From an uncultured Fibrobacteraceae bacterium (GTDB lineage: Bacteria; Krumholzibacteriota; Krumholzibacteriia; LZORAL124-64-63), in contig CAYMCR010000001.1 in NCBI GenBank assembly GCA_964389015.1, forward strand, positions 4,561 through 68,560: a stretch of DNA of 64,000 nucleotides. Reading direction: 5' to 3'. Positions 1 to 12,072 of the stretch are shown here, piece after piece. Within the stretch, counting starts at the first letter, position 1. Every line of letters starts with the position of its first letter. The position numbers were made by a program, and so were the translations under genes. The notes beneath the pieces were generated by a model. It was given only the letters and a program-made list of their open reading frames with translations. It searched no databases and was not told where the DNA came from.

Positions 1-1539
1 GATCCCGTCCACGGGATTCGTGAGGAACATCACATCCCGGGCGCCGGTGACCCTGCGCAGGATCTTCTCGAGCGCGCCACGACGCGCTGTCAGAGAGGCG
101 GCGGGGCGACGCGATTCCTCGCCCAGAAAGGCGGTCAAAACGCGTAGACGCTCGCGATGGTCGTGTTCCTCGTGTCGATGCAGGAGGTCAGCCAGGCGCG
201 GCTCCAGAAAACCCGCCACCGAATCGGCACGAGCCTGGAAACGATGTGAGTCGTCGGCAGCCCCGAAACGTATTGCCAACACCGCGCGCACCGGGGCGGG
301 ACCGATGGGCAGGAAGAAGATGGCCAGTCCGTCGCCGTTCTCGTCGCCATCTGTTTGTCGGACCAGGATCGGCTTGGCCGTTTGGAGCACGTCGTCCCAG
401 GCGGGATGCTGTTGCGCGATGGCGCCGGCGCGGGTTTCGCCGGCGGCGGTGCCCTCGGCGAGCAGCAACGCGCCGTCGTCCAGCACGAGTCCCAGCGACA
501 CGTGGTCCGCGCCCAGGGCCATGGCGAGGGCCGCGGACCAGCCGGCCAGGACCGTTTCCAGTTGCTCCTCTCCCCCAGCCAGCTCGCGGAATTCACGGCT
601 CAAGCGCTTGCGCAGGTGGCCGGCCCGCATGTGCCGGTCTCCGGTCGTGGTGTACAGCAGACCGGCGATGCTGTCGCCGACTGTGCAAAGGTCGGTGAGA
701 TGCGAAGTGTCGAACACCGGCTCACCCGGACCGACGTTCACGTTCAACACGCCCAGCAGGTCGCCGTCGTGCACGAGTGGTATGCAGAGCGCAGCGGCAA
801 GCTCACCCCTCTCGGTCTTCAGGTCGCCGGGCTGAGGCTCGATCACCAACTCGGGGCTTTGCGTCCGGCCCACGCGACCAGCCACGCCCGTGTCCAGGGG
901 CTGCCGCGTGTAGTGCAGGGTCCGCGCGCTCAACCCCTTGGCCGCTGCGATGAACAGGGCTTCCGCTTGCGGATCATAGAGCATGATGGAGCCGGAAGCG
1001 CCGCCCACGGCGGCCATGGCGATCGCCAGCAACCAGGGCAGCAACGTCTCCCGGTCGTGCGCGTCCTCGATACGGCCCAGGGTTCTCAGGGCAGCCTCGA
1101 TATCGCCCTTCGCGATTACGGACCCGGGGGGGACGGGACCGGGCTCGATTTTCCGGGGTGTGCCCGGCGCCGCGGCCGTATCCGCTGCCGCGTTCGGATC
1201 TGCGGTCGACAGCGTGGCGCCGCTGGTGGCGAGCAGCATCTCGAATTCCTGGGCCCCAACCACGCGCAGGGCTCCGTACGCGACCGCCCGCAGGAGGATC
1301 TCGTCTTGGCGCGCCACTGGTGGCGTCACGATATGTGTCACGATATTCGTCTGGGACGGCGGCGAGAGTTCGTGGAAATCACTAAGGACCGGGAGCCCCA
1401 TGATCTCGGCCAGAGAGGAACCGGGCGCCGTGACGATTGGATCGACAACGCCAAGCAGGCGCACGTCCGCGCGCCGCTGGCATTCCGCCAAAAGCGGTAT
1501 CTCGCTTTCGCCCGGCAGATAGAAGATCACGTGCCACAT
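1..1539 (-). CDS. GAF-domain sensor/regulatory protein, 3' end runs off window start (two tandem GAF domains after a ~110-aa N-terminal domain)
   Basis: I translated the minus strand by hand. An in-frame ATG (plus 1537-1539) gives MWHVIFYLPGESEIPLLAECQRR... followed by two GAF-like domains (e.g. ...GSIMLYDPQAEALFIAAAKGL...IPLVHDGDLLGVLNVN...). There is no stop before position 1. The plus-strand ORF 355..1650 in the track is its antisense shadow. The start codon is uncertain: no in-frame stop upstream until inside mutS. Confidence 0.5.
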   Translation of the reverse strand, partial: MWHVIFYLPGESEIPLLAECQRRADVRLLGVVDPIVTAPGSSLAEIMGLPVLSDFHELSPPSQTNIVTHIVTPPVARQDEILLRAVAYGALRVVGAQEFEMLLATSGATLSTADPNAAADTAAAPGTPRKIEPGPVPPGSVIAKGDIEAALRTLGRIEDAHDRETLLPWLLAIAMAAVGGASGSIMLYDPQAEALFIAAAKGLSARTLHYTRQPLDTGVAGRVGRTQSPELVIEPQPGDLKTERGELAAALCIPLVHDGDLLGVLNVNVGPGEPVFDTSHLTDLCTVGDSIAGLLYTTTGDRHMRAGHLRKRLSREFRELAGGEEQLETVLAGWSAALAMALGADHVSLGLVLDDGALLLAEGTAAGETRAGAIAQQHPAWDDVLQTAKPILVRQTDGDENGDGLAIFFLPIGPAPVRAVLAIRFGAADDSHRFQARADSVAGFLEPRLADLLHRHEEHDHRERLRVLTAFLGEESRRPAASLTARRGALEKILRRVTGARDVMFLTNPVDGI

Positions 1540-1633
1540 GGCGTACCATTCCGCGCCAAGGTTCAATCCTCGCGTATCCAGTATAGCATCGGCCGTCGGG
1601 AAGATACCTGTAGATTCGAGGGTCCTGACCGTA

Positions 1634-4281
<2,648 letters not shown>

Positions 4282-4285
<4 letters not shown>

Positions 4286-5355
4286 GGGGAATCGGCCGCC
4301 TTGACCGGCAACGGGGCGAGATCATAACGGGCGCGCAGGTCGGACGCCTGTTCGCGCGCCTGGGACATGCCGGCGTACGAGCCGGCGCGCAGCTTGTAGA
4401 GCGCCAGACCGCGCTCGTCAGCCATTTCGCAGATCCGCAGTCCGGGGAGTCGCTCGCGCCAATCGTCCAGGAATTTCAAGGCGCGGGCCCGGTCGGCGAA
4501 CGCGGCGAACTGGAGCGTGTAGCGTCCTGGGGCAGGAGCCGCTTCCGGAATCTGTTCTTCGCTCCCGTCGACAGCGGGCGCGGGCATTGACGGTGTGTCG
4601 AGGCTCCGCTGCAGCTCCTCTTGTCGCTGCTCCTGCTCGACGACGAGCGCAGCGGGCAGGGAGTGCGGGAAGCGGTGTTCGAGCTCGCGGCGCAGGCGGG
4701 TCGCCTTCTGGGCATCCGTCTTGCTCGCCAACATCCAGTCCAGGAGCAGGATCTCGGCGCGACAGGGTGTGTCCTCGGTTCTCCCGGCCATCTCGAGGTA
4801 GCGCCGTGCCAAGGCGGGGTCCCCGTCGGTGAGGGCGAGACGGGCCAGCCGGTAACGGGCCCAGTCGTAATCCGGATCGCCTGGCGGTACGGCGGCCAGA
4901 GCGTCCCGACTGCCCGAGATGTCTCCCTGGGCGCGACAGGCCAAGCCACCCAGCAGGGTAGCGGAGGCCGCGGTTTCATCGTTACGCAGGGGAATCTCCT
5001 CGAGCAAGGCGATGGTGGTCTCGTAGTCGCCGGCGCCGAAGGCTTGCCAGGCGGCATCGGTGAGGAGCAAGGCTCGCGCGTCGTCTCCGAGATCGGGCGC
5101 GTCGAGGAGTTCGCGTCGCAGCCCGGCGGCTGCGGCGGGCGATTCCGCGAGGCGGTAGCGCCAATAGAGCGACTGCAGGTTGGTCCCGTCCGTGGCCGCG
5201 AGGGTGGTGGTGAGCTCCCGAGCGGCCGCGAAACGGCCCACGGCGAAGAGCGACCGCACGTCGTTCCAGTCGCCGGCTGGCGGGTCGGCGCCGTAAGCAC
5301 CGGGGGACATAGTCACGGCGATGAGCAGGACAACCCGGCCTACCGTGCGTCTCAT
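4282..5355 (-). CDS. Periplasmic SPOR-domain protein with TPR-like repeats (signal peptide; septal-peptidoglycan-binding SPOR at the C-terminus)
   Basis: I moved the start to the internal ATG at 5353-5355 (MRRTVGRVVLLIAVTMSPGAYGA looks like a signal peptide). The track ORF extends further 5' through an implausible Arg/Pro-rich stretch. C-terminal YTLQFAAFADRARALKFLDDW...YKLRAGSYAGMSQAREQASDL is a SPOR fold. The ATG overlaps the lapB stop (ATGA). Confidence 0.6.
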
Positions 5356-6524
5356 GCCGGTTCTCCGTGGGTCGCGGGGGGAGCGAAAGAGGCGAAGCTG
5401 CCGCAGCTGCGGCAATACCAGCGCACGCCCTCGGACTCCGCACTGCAGACGCGACAGGTCCAGCTCCGGGGACCCTCCGGTATGTGCAGGGCGGACCAGA
5501 CACGGGTGAAATCGCTGTCGGGCAGGTCGTTGACCAGGATGCGCAGATACCCCGCCGCCACGCCAGGTGTAAGTCGCGGGTCGCCGTGCTTGCCCTCGAG
5601 CATGCACACGGCCTGCTCGCGGTCGCCGATTTTCTCCTGCAGCAGGGCCAGGGCCAGCCACAGGGAGGGCGGGGCGTCCGCGTTCTGGCAGGCGGATTCG
5701 AGGATCGGGATGGAGCGCTCGAAGCGGCTGGCCGCCAGGAGAGCCTTTTGCAGGATCGGCAACAGCAGATCTGCGGCGGCGGGAGACATGAGCAAACCTT
5801 CGGTGGCCAGCTCGGCCGCGCGCTCGTGGTCCTGCTCGCCGAGGCGAGAGAAGGCGCGTACGTAAAGCGCCAGGTGACCGTGGCGGCCCGCTTTGTCCAC
5901 GGATCCGGACAAGCGGCGCGCCTCGCCGTGACGTCCGGCCTGTGCGGCGCTCACGGCACGGTCCAGCTGGAACAGTTCGTACTGGACACCGAACTCGGCG
6001 GCAGCCTCCGCCGGTGCCCGTTTCGCGCCCTCCCGGAGGGCGCGCGCGGCGCCATCCGCCAAGCCCTGGCCCAGGAACTGCCGGAAGCGTGCCCGCCAAA
6101 AACGGGGCGCGGCCAGATTGTGGCGCAGGAGGGAATCCAGCAGCTCACCGGCTTCGTCCCACAGCTCCAGAGCCAGGAGATCCTCGGTGAGCGCCAGGGT
6201 CACGGAGATTCGCTTGTGCGGCGGCAGCCCGGGGCGGGCGCTCAAACCGCGATGCAGCGCGGCGGCCCGGCGGGGATCACCGGTCAGGCGCAGCAGGTTG
6301 CCGAGCTGCAGATAGGGATCCACGGCGTGCGGTTCCTTGTCGATGGCGTCGCGCAGGGCCTCTAGCGCGCCGGTGGTGTCACCGGCCAGCCACAACTCGA
6401 GACCGCGCGTGTAGGCGTCCTCGGTCACGCCTTGGCCGACGCGCCGGCGCAGCAGCAGGAACAGGGCCGCGACCGCCAACAATACGGCCAGGGCGATGAA
6501 CCATGCGGAAGAGAGTACCGCCAT
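5352..6524 (-). CDS. lapB: Lipopolysaccharide assembly protein B (LapB/YciM): N-terminal TM helix, TPR repeats, C-terminal rubredoxin-like zinc ribbon
   Basis: N-terminal TM MAVLSSAWFIALAVLLAVAALFLLL. TPR-like helical repeats follow. The C-terminus has WTCRVCSAESEGVRWYCRSCGSF (CxxC...CxxC), typical of LapB. It sits directly downstream of lapA. Confidence 0.8.
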   Translation of the reverse strand: MAVLSSAWFIALAVLLAVAALFLLLRRRVGQGVTEDAYTRGLELWLAGDTTGALEALRDAIDKEPHAVDPYLQLGNLLRLTGDPRRAAALHRGLSARPGLPPHKRISVTLALTEDLLALELWDEAGELLDSLLRHNLAAPRFWRARFRQFLGQGLADGAARALREGAKRAPAEAAAEFGVQYELFQLDRAVSAAQAGRHGEARRLSGSVDKAGRHGHLALYVRAFSRLGEQDHERAAELATEGLLMSPAAADLLLPILQKALLAASRFERSIPILESACQNADAPPSLWLALALLQEKIGDREQAVCMLEGKHGDPRLTPGVAAGYLRILVNDLPDSDFTRVWSALHIPEGPRSWTCRVCSAESEGVRWYCRSCGSFASFAPPATHGEPA

Positions 6525-6527
6525 GAT

Positions 6528-6839
6528 CTAGTCCTCCGTGGCTTCGTCCAGTTCGCGAAGGGGCAGCGAACGCAGCTCGGTGATCTCGTTGTCGCGGTCC
6601 TTCAGATCGCGAGCCAGGGTGCGGAGCCGGTTGCGCAGCTTGATCTCGCGGATGCCGCCCACGATCAGGCTGACCAGGATGCCGGCGAGGAATCCACCCA
6701 GCATCACGTAGTAGAGGGGAATGTCCAGGTACTCCCACTTCAGCAAGCGCAGATCAACGGACTGGCCGCTGTTCTGGGTGAAGAACACGGCCATGGTGAG
6801 CAAGACGAGCAGGTAGATGATTCCCTTGAAGATCCACAC
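6528..6839 (-). CDS. lapA: Lipopolysaccharide assembly protein A (LapA/YciS, DUF1049) small inner-membrane protein
   Basis: 103 aa with two TM segments (IIYLLVLLTMAVFF; LYYVMLGGFLAGILVSLIVGGI) then a charged coiled tail. GTG start at 6839. Conserved lapA-lapB gene order. Confidence 0.65.
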   Translation of the reverse strand: MWIFKGIIYLLVLLTMAVFFTQNSGQSVDLRLLKWEYLDIPLYYVMLGGFLAGILVSLIVGGIREIKLRNRLRTLARDLKDRDNEITELRSLPLRELDEATED

Positions 6840-6869
6840 GGTTTCACCTCTCGGCTGGTTCGAGTCGAT

Positions 6870-8204
6870 TCAAGTCATTTCGGCGAGAAAGGTCGTCGCC
6901 TCGCAATCAGTGATGCGGACCTCGAGCACGTCGCCGACGGCGGCGTCGCAATCCTTCAGGAGCACCTTGCGATTGTTCGGCGTGCGCGCCTTTACCGCCC
7001 CTTCCGGACGGCGGGCCTCCCCCTCCACGGCCACTCTTCTGCGACGCCCGATCTCCTCCGTGGCGAGTTCCTGCCAGATCTCGTCCTGGAGGGCCATCAA
7101 CTCGGCCAGTCGCTCCTTCTTGACCAGGAGGTCGACATCGTCGTCCAGACGGACGGCGGGAGTCCCCGGTCGCGCCGAGTACTTGAAATTGAAGGTCTGA
7201 TCGTAGCGGACCTCCCGCACCAACTCAAGCGTCTGTCGGAAATCATCGTCGGTCTCCCCCGGGAAGCCAACGATGAAATCGCCCGAGAAGGTCACGTCCC
7301 GGACATGCCGGCGCGCCAACTCGACCAGGGCCAAGTAGCGATCGCGGGTGTAGAACCGCTTCATGCGCTTCAGGATGCGATCGCTGCCGCTTTGCGCCGG
7401 TATGTGCAGCCAGGGGCAGACCTTCTCGAGTTCGCCGATGGCGCGGAGCAACGGCTCGTCCATGTCGCAGGGATGACTGGTCAGGAAGCGGATGCGGGCC
7501 AGTCCGGTGACCTCGGCCACCTGGCGCAGCAGGCCGGCGAAGTCGAGGTCGGGTGCCCTGTAGGCCGTGACGTTCTGGCCGAGCAGGGTGACCTCCCGTC
7601 CCCCCATGGCGACGATATCGCGGATCTCTTCCAGAATGGCGGACGGAGACTTCTCGCGCTGGGGACCGCGCGTCGCTGGAACGATGCAATAGGTGCAGCG
7701 GTAGTCACAGCCCTTGTGGATGGTCACCAGGTGCGAGTTGTTGGTGGGATAGGCCTCCGGCGGCGCCACGTAATGCATCTCCGCGAGATGGCCCGTGGCG
7801 ACCGGTGGTTTGCGTTCGCGGCCCGTCAGGAGTCGCACGAGCAGTTCCGGCAACCGATCATACTGGTCGACACCCGCCACGAGGTCTACCCGGCCGGTAC
7901 CTTTGGCCAGGGCGTGGGCAAGTCGCTCGGCCATGCAACCGCAGACGCCGATGACATCGGCCCGGATCAAGCCGCGGCGACGCTGGCTGCGCAGTTCACC
8001 GATACGGCTGAAGATCTTGTGCTCGGCCAGTTCCCGGACCGAGCAGGTGTTCAGGAGGATGACGTCGGCCGTGACCGGGTCGTGAGCCAGGGTATAGCCG
8101 TTGCGCGTCAGGATACCGCCGATGGCGGACGAGTCGTAGGTGTTCATCTGACAGCCGTAGGTCTCGATGTAGACCCTGTGGCTCGCGGTTTCCCCTGACG
8201 ACAT
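6870..8204 (-). CDS. miaB: tRNA-2-methylthio-N6-dimethylallyladenosine synthase (radical-SAM methylthiotransferase MiaB)
   Basis: MTTase N-domain motif IETYGCQMN. Radical-SAM cysteine triad CDYRCTYC. C-terminal TRAM-like region. I placed the start at the ATG at 8202-8204 (MSSGETASHRVYIETYGC), which has a GGAGGAAGC RBS. Confidence 0.9.
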   Translation of the reverse strand: MSSGETASHRVYIETYGCQMNTYDSSAIGGILTRNGYTLAHDPVTADVILLNTCSVRELAEHKIFSRIGELRSQRRRGLIRADVIGVCGCMAERLAHALAKGTGRVDLVAGVDQYDRLPELLVRLLTGRERKPPVATGHLAEMHYVAPPEAYPTNNSHLVTIHKGCDYRCTYCIVPATRGPQREKSPSAILEEIRDIVAMGGREVTLLGQNVTAYRAPDLDFAGLLRQVAEVTGLARIRFLTSHPCDMDEPLLRAIGELEKVCPWLHIPAQSGSDRILKRMKRFYTRDRYLALVELARRHVRDVTFSGDFIVGFPGETDDDFRQTLELVREVRYDQTFNFKYSARPGTPAVRLDDDVDLLVKKERLAELMALQDEIWQELATEEIGRRRRVAVEGEARRPEGAVKARTPNNRKVLLKDCDAAVGDVLEVRITDCEATTFLAEMT

Positions 8205-8220
8205 GCTTCCTCCGTGGCGA

Positions 8221-9558
8221 TCAGATGCCGGGTGCCGGCGCCACCTCATCGGCGTAGAGTGTGTCGGCGCGGAAACCGGCAGGTTTCAGGATGACCATGG
8301 CGCCCGGCTCCCAGGTGTCGGGCACCGACACCACAGCGTAGTTACCGGTGGTGGCCTGCAGCCGGTCAGGCGCCGGTCGCTCGGTCTCCACCGTGGCCTC
8401 GTGCCAGTGACCGATCAGTCGCTGCTCGAATTCGTGGCGCTTGCGTCGGCTCAGGTCCCGCAGGATGCGCGAGCGCTCGGTGACTGTTTCCGTGTGGACG
8501 GGCCGCATTCCGGCCGCCGGCGTGCCCGGTCTGGGTGAGAAACGGAACACGTGCAGATATGATAGGGCCGACAGCTCGAGAAAGCTGCGCGTGGCGTCGA
8601 ATTCGGCGTCAGACTCGTCTGGGAAGCCCACGATCACGTCGGCACCTATACCAAAGTGGAGGCCCAAACCCGCTGCGGCCTCGATTGCCTGGCCGGCGCT
8701 GTCCACATCGTAGGGCCTGCGCATTCGACGTAATACATCATCAGAGCCACTTTGCAGTGAGATATGGAGATAGGGCCTCAGGTTCGTGTAGTTCTCGAAG
8801 AGTTCCAGCAAGGGTGGGCGCACCTCGTTGGGGTGTATGCTGCTCAGGCGGAAGCGCATGTCCGGGAACCTGCCCAGGACCTCCGCCAGCAGCGGGACGA
8901 GAGCCTTGCCCAGTCCCAGATCCCGGCCGTAGCTCCCGAGGTGCACGCCGGCCAGGACGATCTCCCCGAAACCGTTCTCGCGCAGCACCTCTATCTGGCG
9001 TGAGACGTCGGCGACGGGTCGGGATCGGTTCGGCCCGCGCGCCTGCCAGATCAGGCAATAGGTGCACCGCAGATCGCAACCGTCCTGGACCTTCACATAG
9101 GCGCGAGTGCGACCGTCGAAGTCGGTGATGTCGTGGGAGCGGAAGGCGGCGTGCCGTTCGAATGCCGAGACCTCGACCAGAGGCGAGTCTGCCGCCAGCA
9201 GTCGCGGCAGCCACTCGGCGATATCCTCGCGCTCGTTGAGGCCGAAAACACCGTCGAGTTCGGTTATGGCGGCGAGGGCGTCTTGCTGGGTCTGGGCGTA
9301 GCAGCCGGTCACGACGACCTTGGCGTCGGGACGGCGCCGCTTCACGGCGCGCGCGAGCTGACGGCACTTCTGATCGGCCTTGAGGGTCACCGTGCAGCTG
9401 TTAAGTACGTAGACGTCCGCGTCCGCGGTCCAGGGCACCGTCACGCAATGCAAGCCGTCGGGCAAGCGCGCTTTCATGACCTCGGTGTCGTATTGATTCA
9501 GGCGACAGCCGAGGGTCTGGAATGCTATACGCACCGTGCGTGTGGGCTCGTTAGTCAT
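8221..9558 (-). CDS. Second radical-SAM methylthiotransferase, MtaB-like (tRNA t6A37 methylthiotransferase) or RimO-like paralog
   Basis: FQTLGCRLNQYD (MTTase N-domain). CDLRCTYC radical-SAM motif. Same family as miaB but divergent. Sits directly upstream of miaB. Confidence 0.8.
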   Translation of the reverse strand: MTNEPTRTVRIAFQTLGCRLNQYDTEVMKARLPDGLHCVTVPWTADADVYVLNSCTVTLKADQKCRQLARAVKRRRPDAKVVVTGCYAQTQQDALAAITELDGVFGLNEREDIAEWLPRLLAADSPLVEVSAFERHAAFRSHDITDFDGRTRAYVKVQDGCDLRCTYCLIWQARGPNRSRPVADVSRQIEVLRENGFGEIVLAGVHLGSYGRDLGLGKALVPLLAEVLGRFPDMRFRLSSIHPNEVRPPLLELFENYTNLRPYLHISLQSGSDDVLRRMRRPYDVDSAGQAIEAAAGLGLHFGIGADVIVGFPDESDAEFDATRSFLELSALSYLHVFRFSPRPGTPAAGMRPVHTETVTERSRILRDLSRRKRHEFEQRLIGHWHEATVETERPAPDRLQATTGNYAVVSVPDTWEPGAMVILKPAGFRADTLYADEVAPAPGI

Positions 9559-9572
9559 CTCATCCGGTCTTT

Positions 9573-9609
9573 AAGAAACAGCGGGGGTGGAATCGGCTTC
9601 CACCCCCGC
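9573..9609 (-). terminator. Rho-independent terminator downstream of rpsA
   Basis: Perfect 10-bp GC stem GCGGGGGTGG (9581-9590) / CCACCCCCGC (9600-9609) with a 9-nt loop. On the minus strand it is followed by UGUUUCUUAA. Located 32 nt after the rpsA stop. Confidence 0.6.
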
Positions 9610-9640
9610 GACACATGGACGACCCGGTTCCGCGAGAGAA

Positions 9641-11956
9641 CTAGGAGTCCTGTTTCTCGTCCTCGACGACCGCATTCTCCTCGGCCGTCTTTTCGTCGGA
9701 CGTTTCCGCCTCGGTCGACTCCTCGTCCGCCGCTTCGTCTGACGCCGCTTCCGGGGCCGGTTCTTCGACGGCAGCTTCTGCCGCGGCCGGCTCTTCGTCA
9801 GCAGCGGCTTCCGCGGCCGGCTCTTCGTCAGCAGCTTCTGCCGTGACCGGCTCCTCGTCGGACACCTTGTCATCAGTCGTCACTTCGTCAGCCGTGCTTT
9901 CCTCGGCCGGCTCCGCGACGGGTTGATCGGTCGGTGTAGCGGAGACTTCTGCAGTGGTCTCATCACCGTCGCTCGCCGCGTCGGTCGCTACATCCTCAGG
10001 AGTGTCCTCAGGAGCGTCCTTAGGAGTGTCCTCCGGAGCATAGTCGCTTCCGGAATCGGCAGGATAGTCGTCGTTGGCGCGGGCGGTGTCATCGCCTCCC
10101 GCTTCGGCCTCACGTTCGGCCGCCACGACAGCTTCGAGCAGAGGATGCTCGGAGACGAACGTATCCAATTCCTCGCGGGACTGATCCTTGAAGTACTCGG
10201 CCACGGACAACACGATGCGACGGTTCTCCGCGTCCATCTTGATCACGTGCAGGGGCAGGGACTCCTCCTCCTGGAAGTGATACTGGGGCTTCTGGATCTT
10301 GGGGATCGCCAGATGGCCGACCGGCACGAAGCCCTCCAGCGCGTCGGAGATCTCCACGACCATGCCGTGGTCCAGCATGCGGATGACCTGGCCTTCGACC
10401 TGTCGTCCCACGGGATAGTCCTCGGCGAGCGTCGGCCAGGGGTTCTCCTGGAGCTGCTTGATGCCGAGGCTGATGCGACGTTTGTCGGCGTCGATGTCCA
10501 GGATCTGGACCTGCACCGAATCGCCCTTGCGCACGATCTCCTTGGGATGGCGGACGCGCTTGGTCCACGACATGTCCGAGATATGCACCAGACCGTCGAT
10601 ACCCTCCTCCACCTCGACGAAGGCGCCGAAGTCCGTGAGGTTGCGCACACGACCCTCGATGATGGTGCCGACGGGGAAGCGGTCGTCGAGGGACAGCCAG
10701 GGATCCGACTCGGTCTGCTTGAGACCGAGCGAGATCTTCTCGTTGTCCTTGTCTATCTTCAGGACCATGACCTCGACGAGATCGCCGATGGACAGGATCT
10801 TGCTGGGATGCTTGATGTGACGCGTCCAGGACATCTCACTGATGTGGATGAGCCCCTCGATGCCCTCCTCCAGCTCCACGAAGGCGCCGTAGTTGGTGAT
10901 CGAGACGACCTTGCCCTGCACGATGGTCTTCTCCGGGTACTTCGCCTCGACGTTCTCCCAGGGGTAGGACTGAAGCTGCTTCAGGCCCAGGGAGATCCGT
11001 TCGCGGTCGCGGTCGAAGTCCAGGATCTTGACCTCGATCTCGTCGCCGATGTTGACGACCTCGCTCGGATGCTTCACGCGGCCCCAGGAGAGGTCCGTGA
11101 TGTGCAGCAAGCCGTCGATGCCGCCCAGGTCCACGAAGGCGCCGAAGTCGGTGATGTTCTTCACGACGCCGGTGCGCACCTGGTTCTTGTCCAGCTCCGC
11201 CATCAACGTCTTCTTCTTCTCCTCGCGCTCACGCTCGAGCACGATGCGGCGGCTGACCACCACGTTGCGGCGGCGCTTGTTCTTCTTGATGATCTGGCAC
11301 TCGATCTCCTGGCCGATCATCTGGTCCAGGTCGGGGACCTGGCGTAGCGCGACCTGCGAGCCGGGCAGGAAGGTGTCGACATCCCAGAGCTTGACGACCA
11401 GGCCGCCCTTGATGCGGCGATCGACGGTGCCGGTGACCACGTCGCCGGACTCGTGGGCGATCTTGATCCTGTTCCAGACCTTCAGGAAGTCGGCGCGTTC
11501 CTTGGACAGGACCACCAGGCCGTCCTGGTCTTCGAGATGCTCCAGGAAGACGTCGAACTCGTCGCCCTCCGTGATCTCCGTCGCGCCGAACTCGTCGAGG
11601 GAGATGATGCCCTCGCTCTTGAAGCCGATGTTCAGCAGGACCTCGTTCTCGCGGACCTCGACCACCGTTCCCTTGAGGATCTGACCCTCCTGGATCTCGT
11701 TGAGGGTTTCCTCGTACTGGTTCAGCAACGCCAGCATGGCGTCGTCGTCCAGCTCCTCGCCCTCGGTATAGTCGCGGTTGACTATCGCGGACTCGTCGAA
11801 GGTGGTGGTCAGCTTGGGCGCGGCAGGCACAACTGCGGCTAAGCCGCCGTCGCGATTCTCTTTCTGCGCGGCTTCGGCGTGGACTGGTCGGTTCTCGGGG
11901 ACCGAAGGAGTCTGCTCCTGCGGAGCTTCCTCCCCCGTGTTGGGGTTGGGATTCAT
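9641..11956 (-). CDS. rpsA: 30S ribosomal protein S1 with a ~50-aa N-terminal extension and a ~170-aa acidic repetitive C-terminal tail
   Basis: Six S1 domains (ILKGTVVEV; VVTGTVDRRIKGG; VRTGVVKNITDFGAFVDLGG; TIVQGKVVSITNYGAFVEL; GTIIEGRVRNLTDFGAFVEV; GRQVEGQVIRML). 771 aa, versus about 557 for E. coli S1. The tail is rich in D/E/A/P/T. AGGAGGAACC RBS upstream. Confidence 0.95.
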   Translation of the reverse strand: MNPNPNTGEEAPQEQTPSVPENRPVHAEAAQKENRDGGLAAVVPAAPKLTTTFDESAIVNRDYTEGEELDDDAMLALLNQYEETLNEIQEGQILKGTVVEVRENEVLLNIGFKSEGIISLDEFGATEITEGDEFDVFLEHLEDQDGLVVLSKERADFLKVWNRIKIAHESGDVVTGTVDRRIKGGLVVKLWDVDTFLPGSQVALRQVPDLDQMIGQEIECQIIKKNKRRRNVVVSRRIVLEREREEKKKTLMAELDKNQVRTGVVKNITDFGAFVDLGGIDGLLHITDLSWGRVKHPSEVVNIGDEIEVKILDFDRDRERISLGLKQLQSYPWENVEAKYPEKTIVQGKVVSITNYGAFVELEEGIEGLIHISEMSWTRHIKHPSKILSIGDLVEVMVLKIDKDNEKISLGLKQTESDPWLSLDDRFPVGTIIEGRVRNLTDFGAFVEVEEGIDGLVHISDMSWTKRVRHPKEIVRKGDSVQVQILDIDADKRRISLGIKQLQENPWPTLAEDYPVGRQVEGQVIRMLDHGMVVEISDALEGFVPVGHLAIPKIQKPQYHFQEEESLPLHVIKMDAENRRIVLSVAEYFKDQSREELDTFVSEHPLLEAVVAAEREAEAGGDDTARANDDYPADSGSDYAPEDTPKDAPEDTPEDVATDAASDGDETTAEVSATPTDQPVAEPAEESTADEVTTDDKVSDEEPVTAEAADEEPAAEAAADEEPAAAEAAVEEPAPEAASDEAADEESTEAETSDEKTAEENAVVEDEKQDS
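9751..9860. repeat. In-frame tandem repeat, ~30-bp unit x ~3.7, inside the rpsA tail; a second 15-bp x 3 repeat lies at 9986-10030
   Basis: Units ccgcggccggctcttcgtcagcagcggctt / ccgcggccggctcttcgtcagcagcttctg and flanking degenerate copies. They encode (E/A)EPAAEAAAD repeats. The 15-bp unit aggagtgtcctc(n) encodes EDTPKDAPEDTPED. Confidence 0.6.
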
Positions 11957-12072
11957 TTGTGGTTCCTCCTAAAAGACATATTTACCCGACTGGGCAGTCG
12001 GGCATCGGCAGAATATACACCAGTCTCCCTGTGTTTGCAAGTATTTAGGGGGTGGATCGAGAGGTCCCGCCA

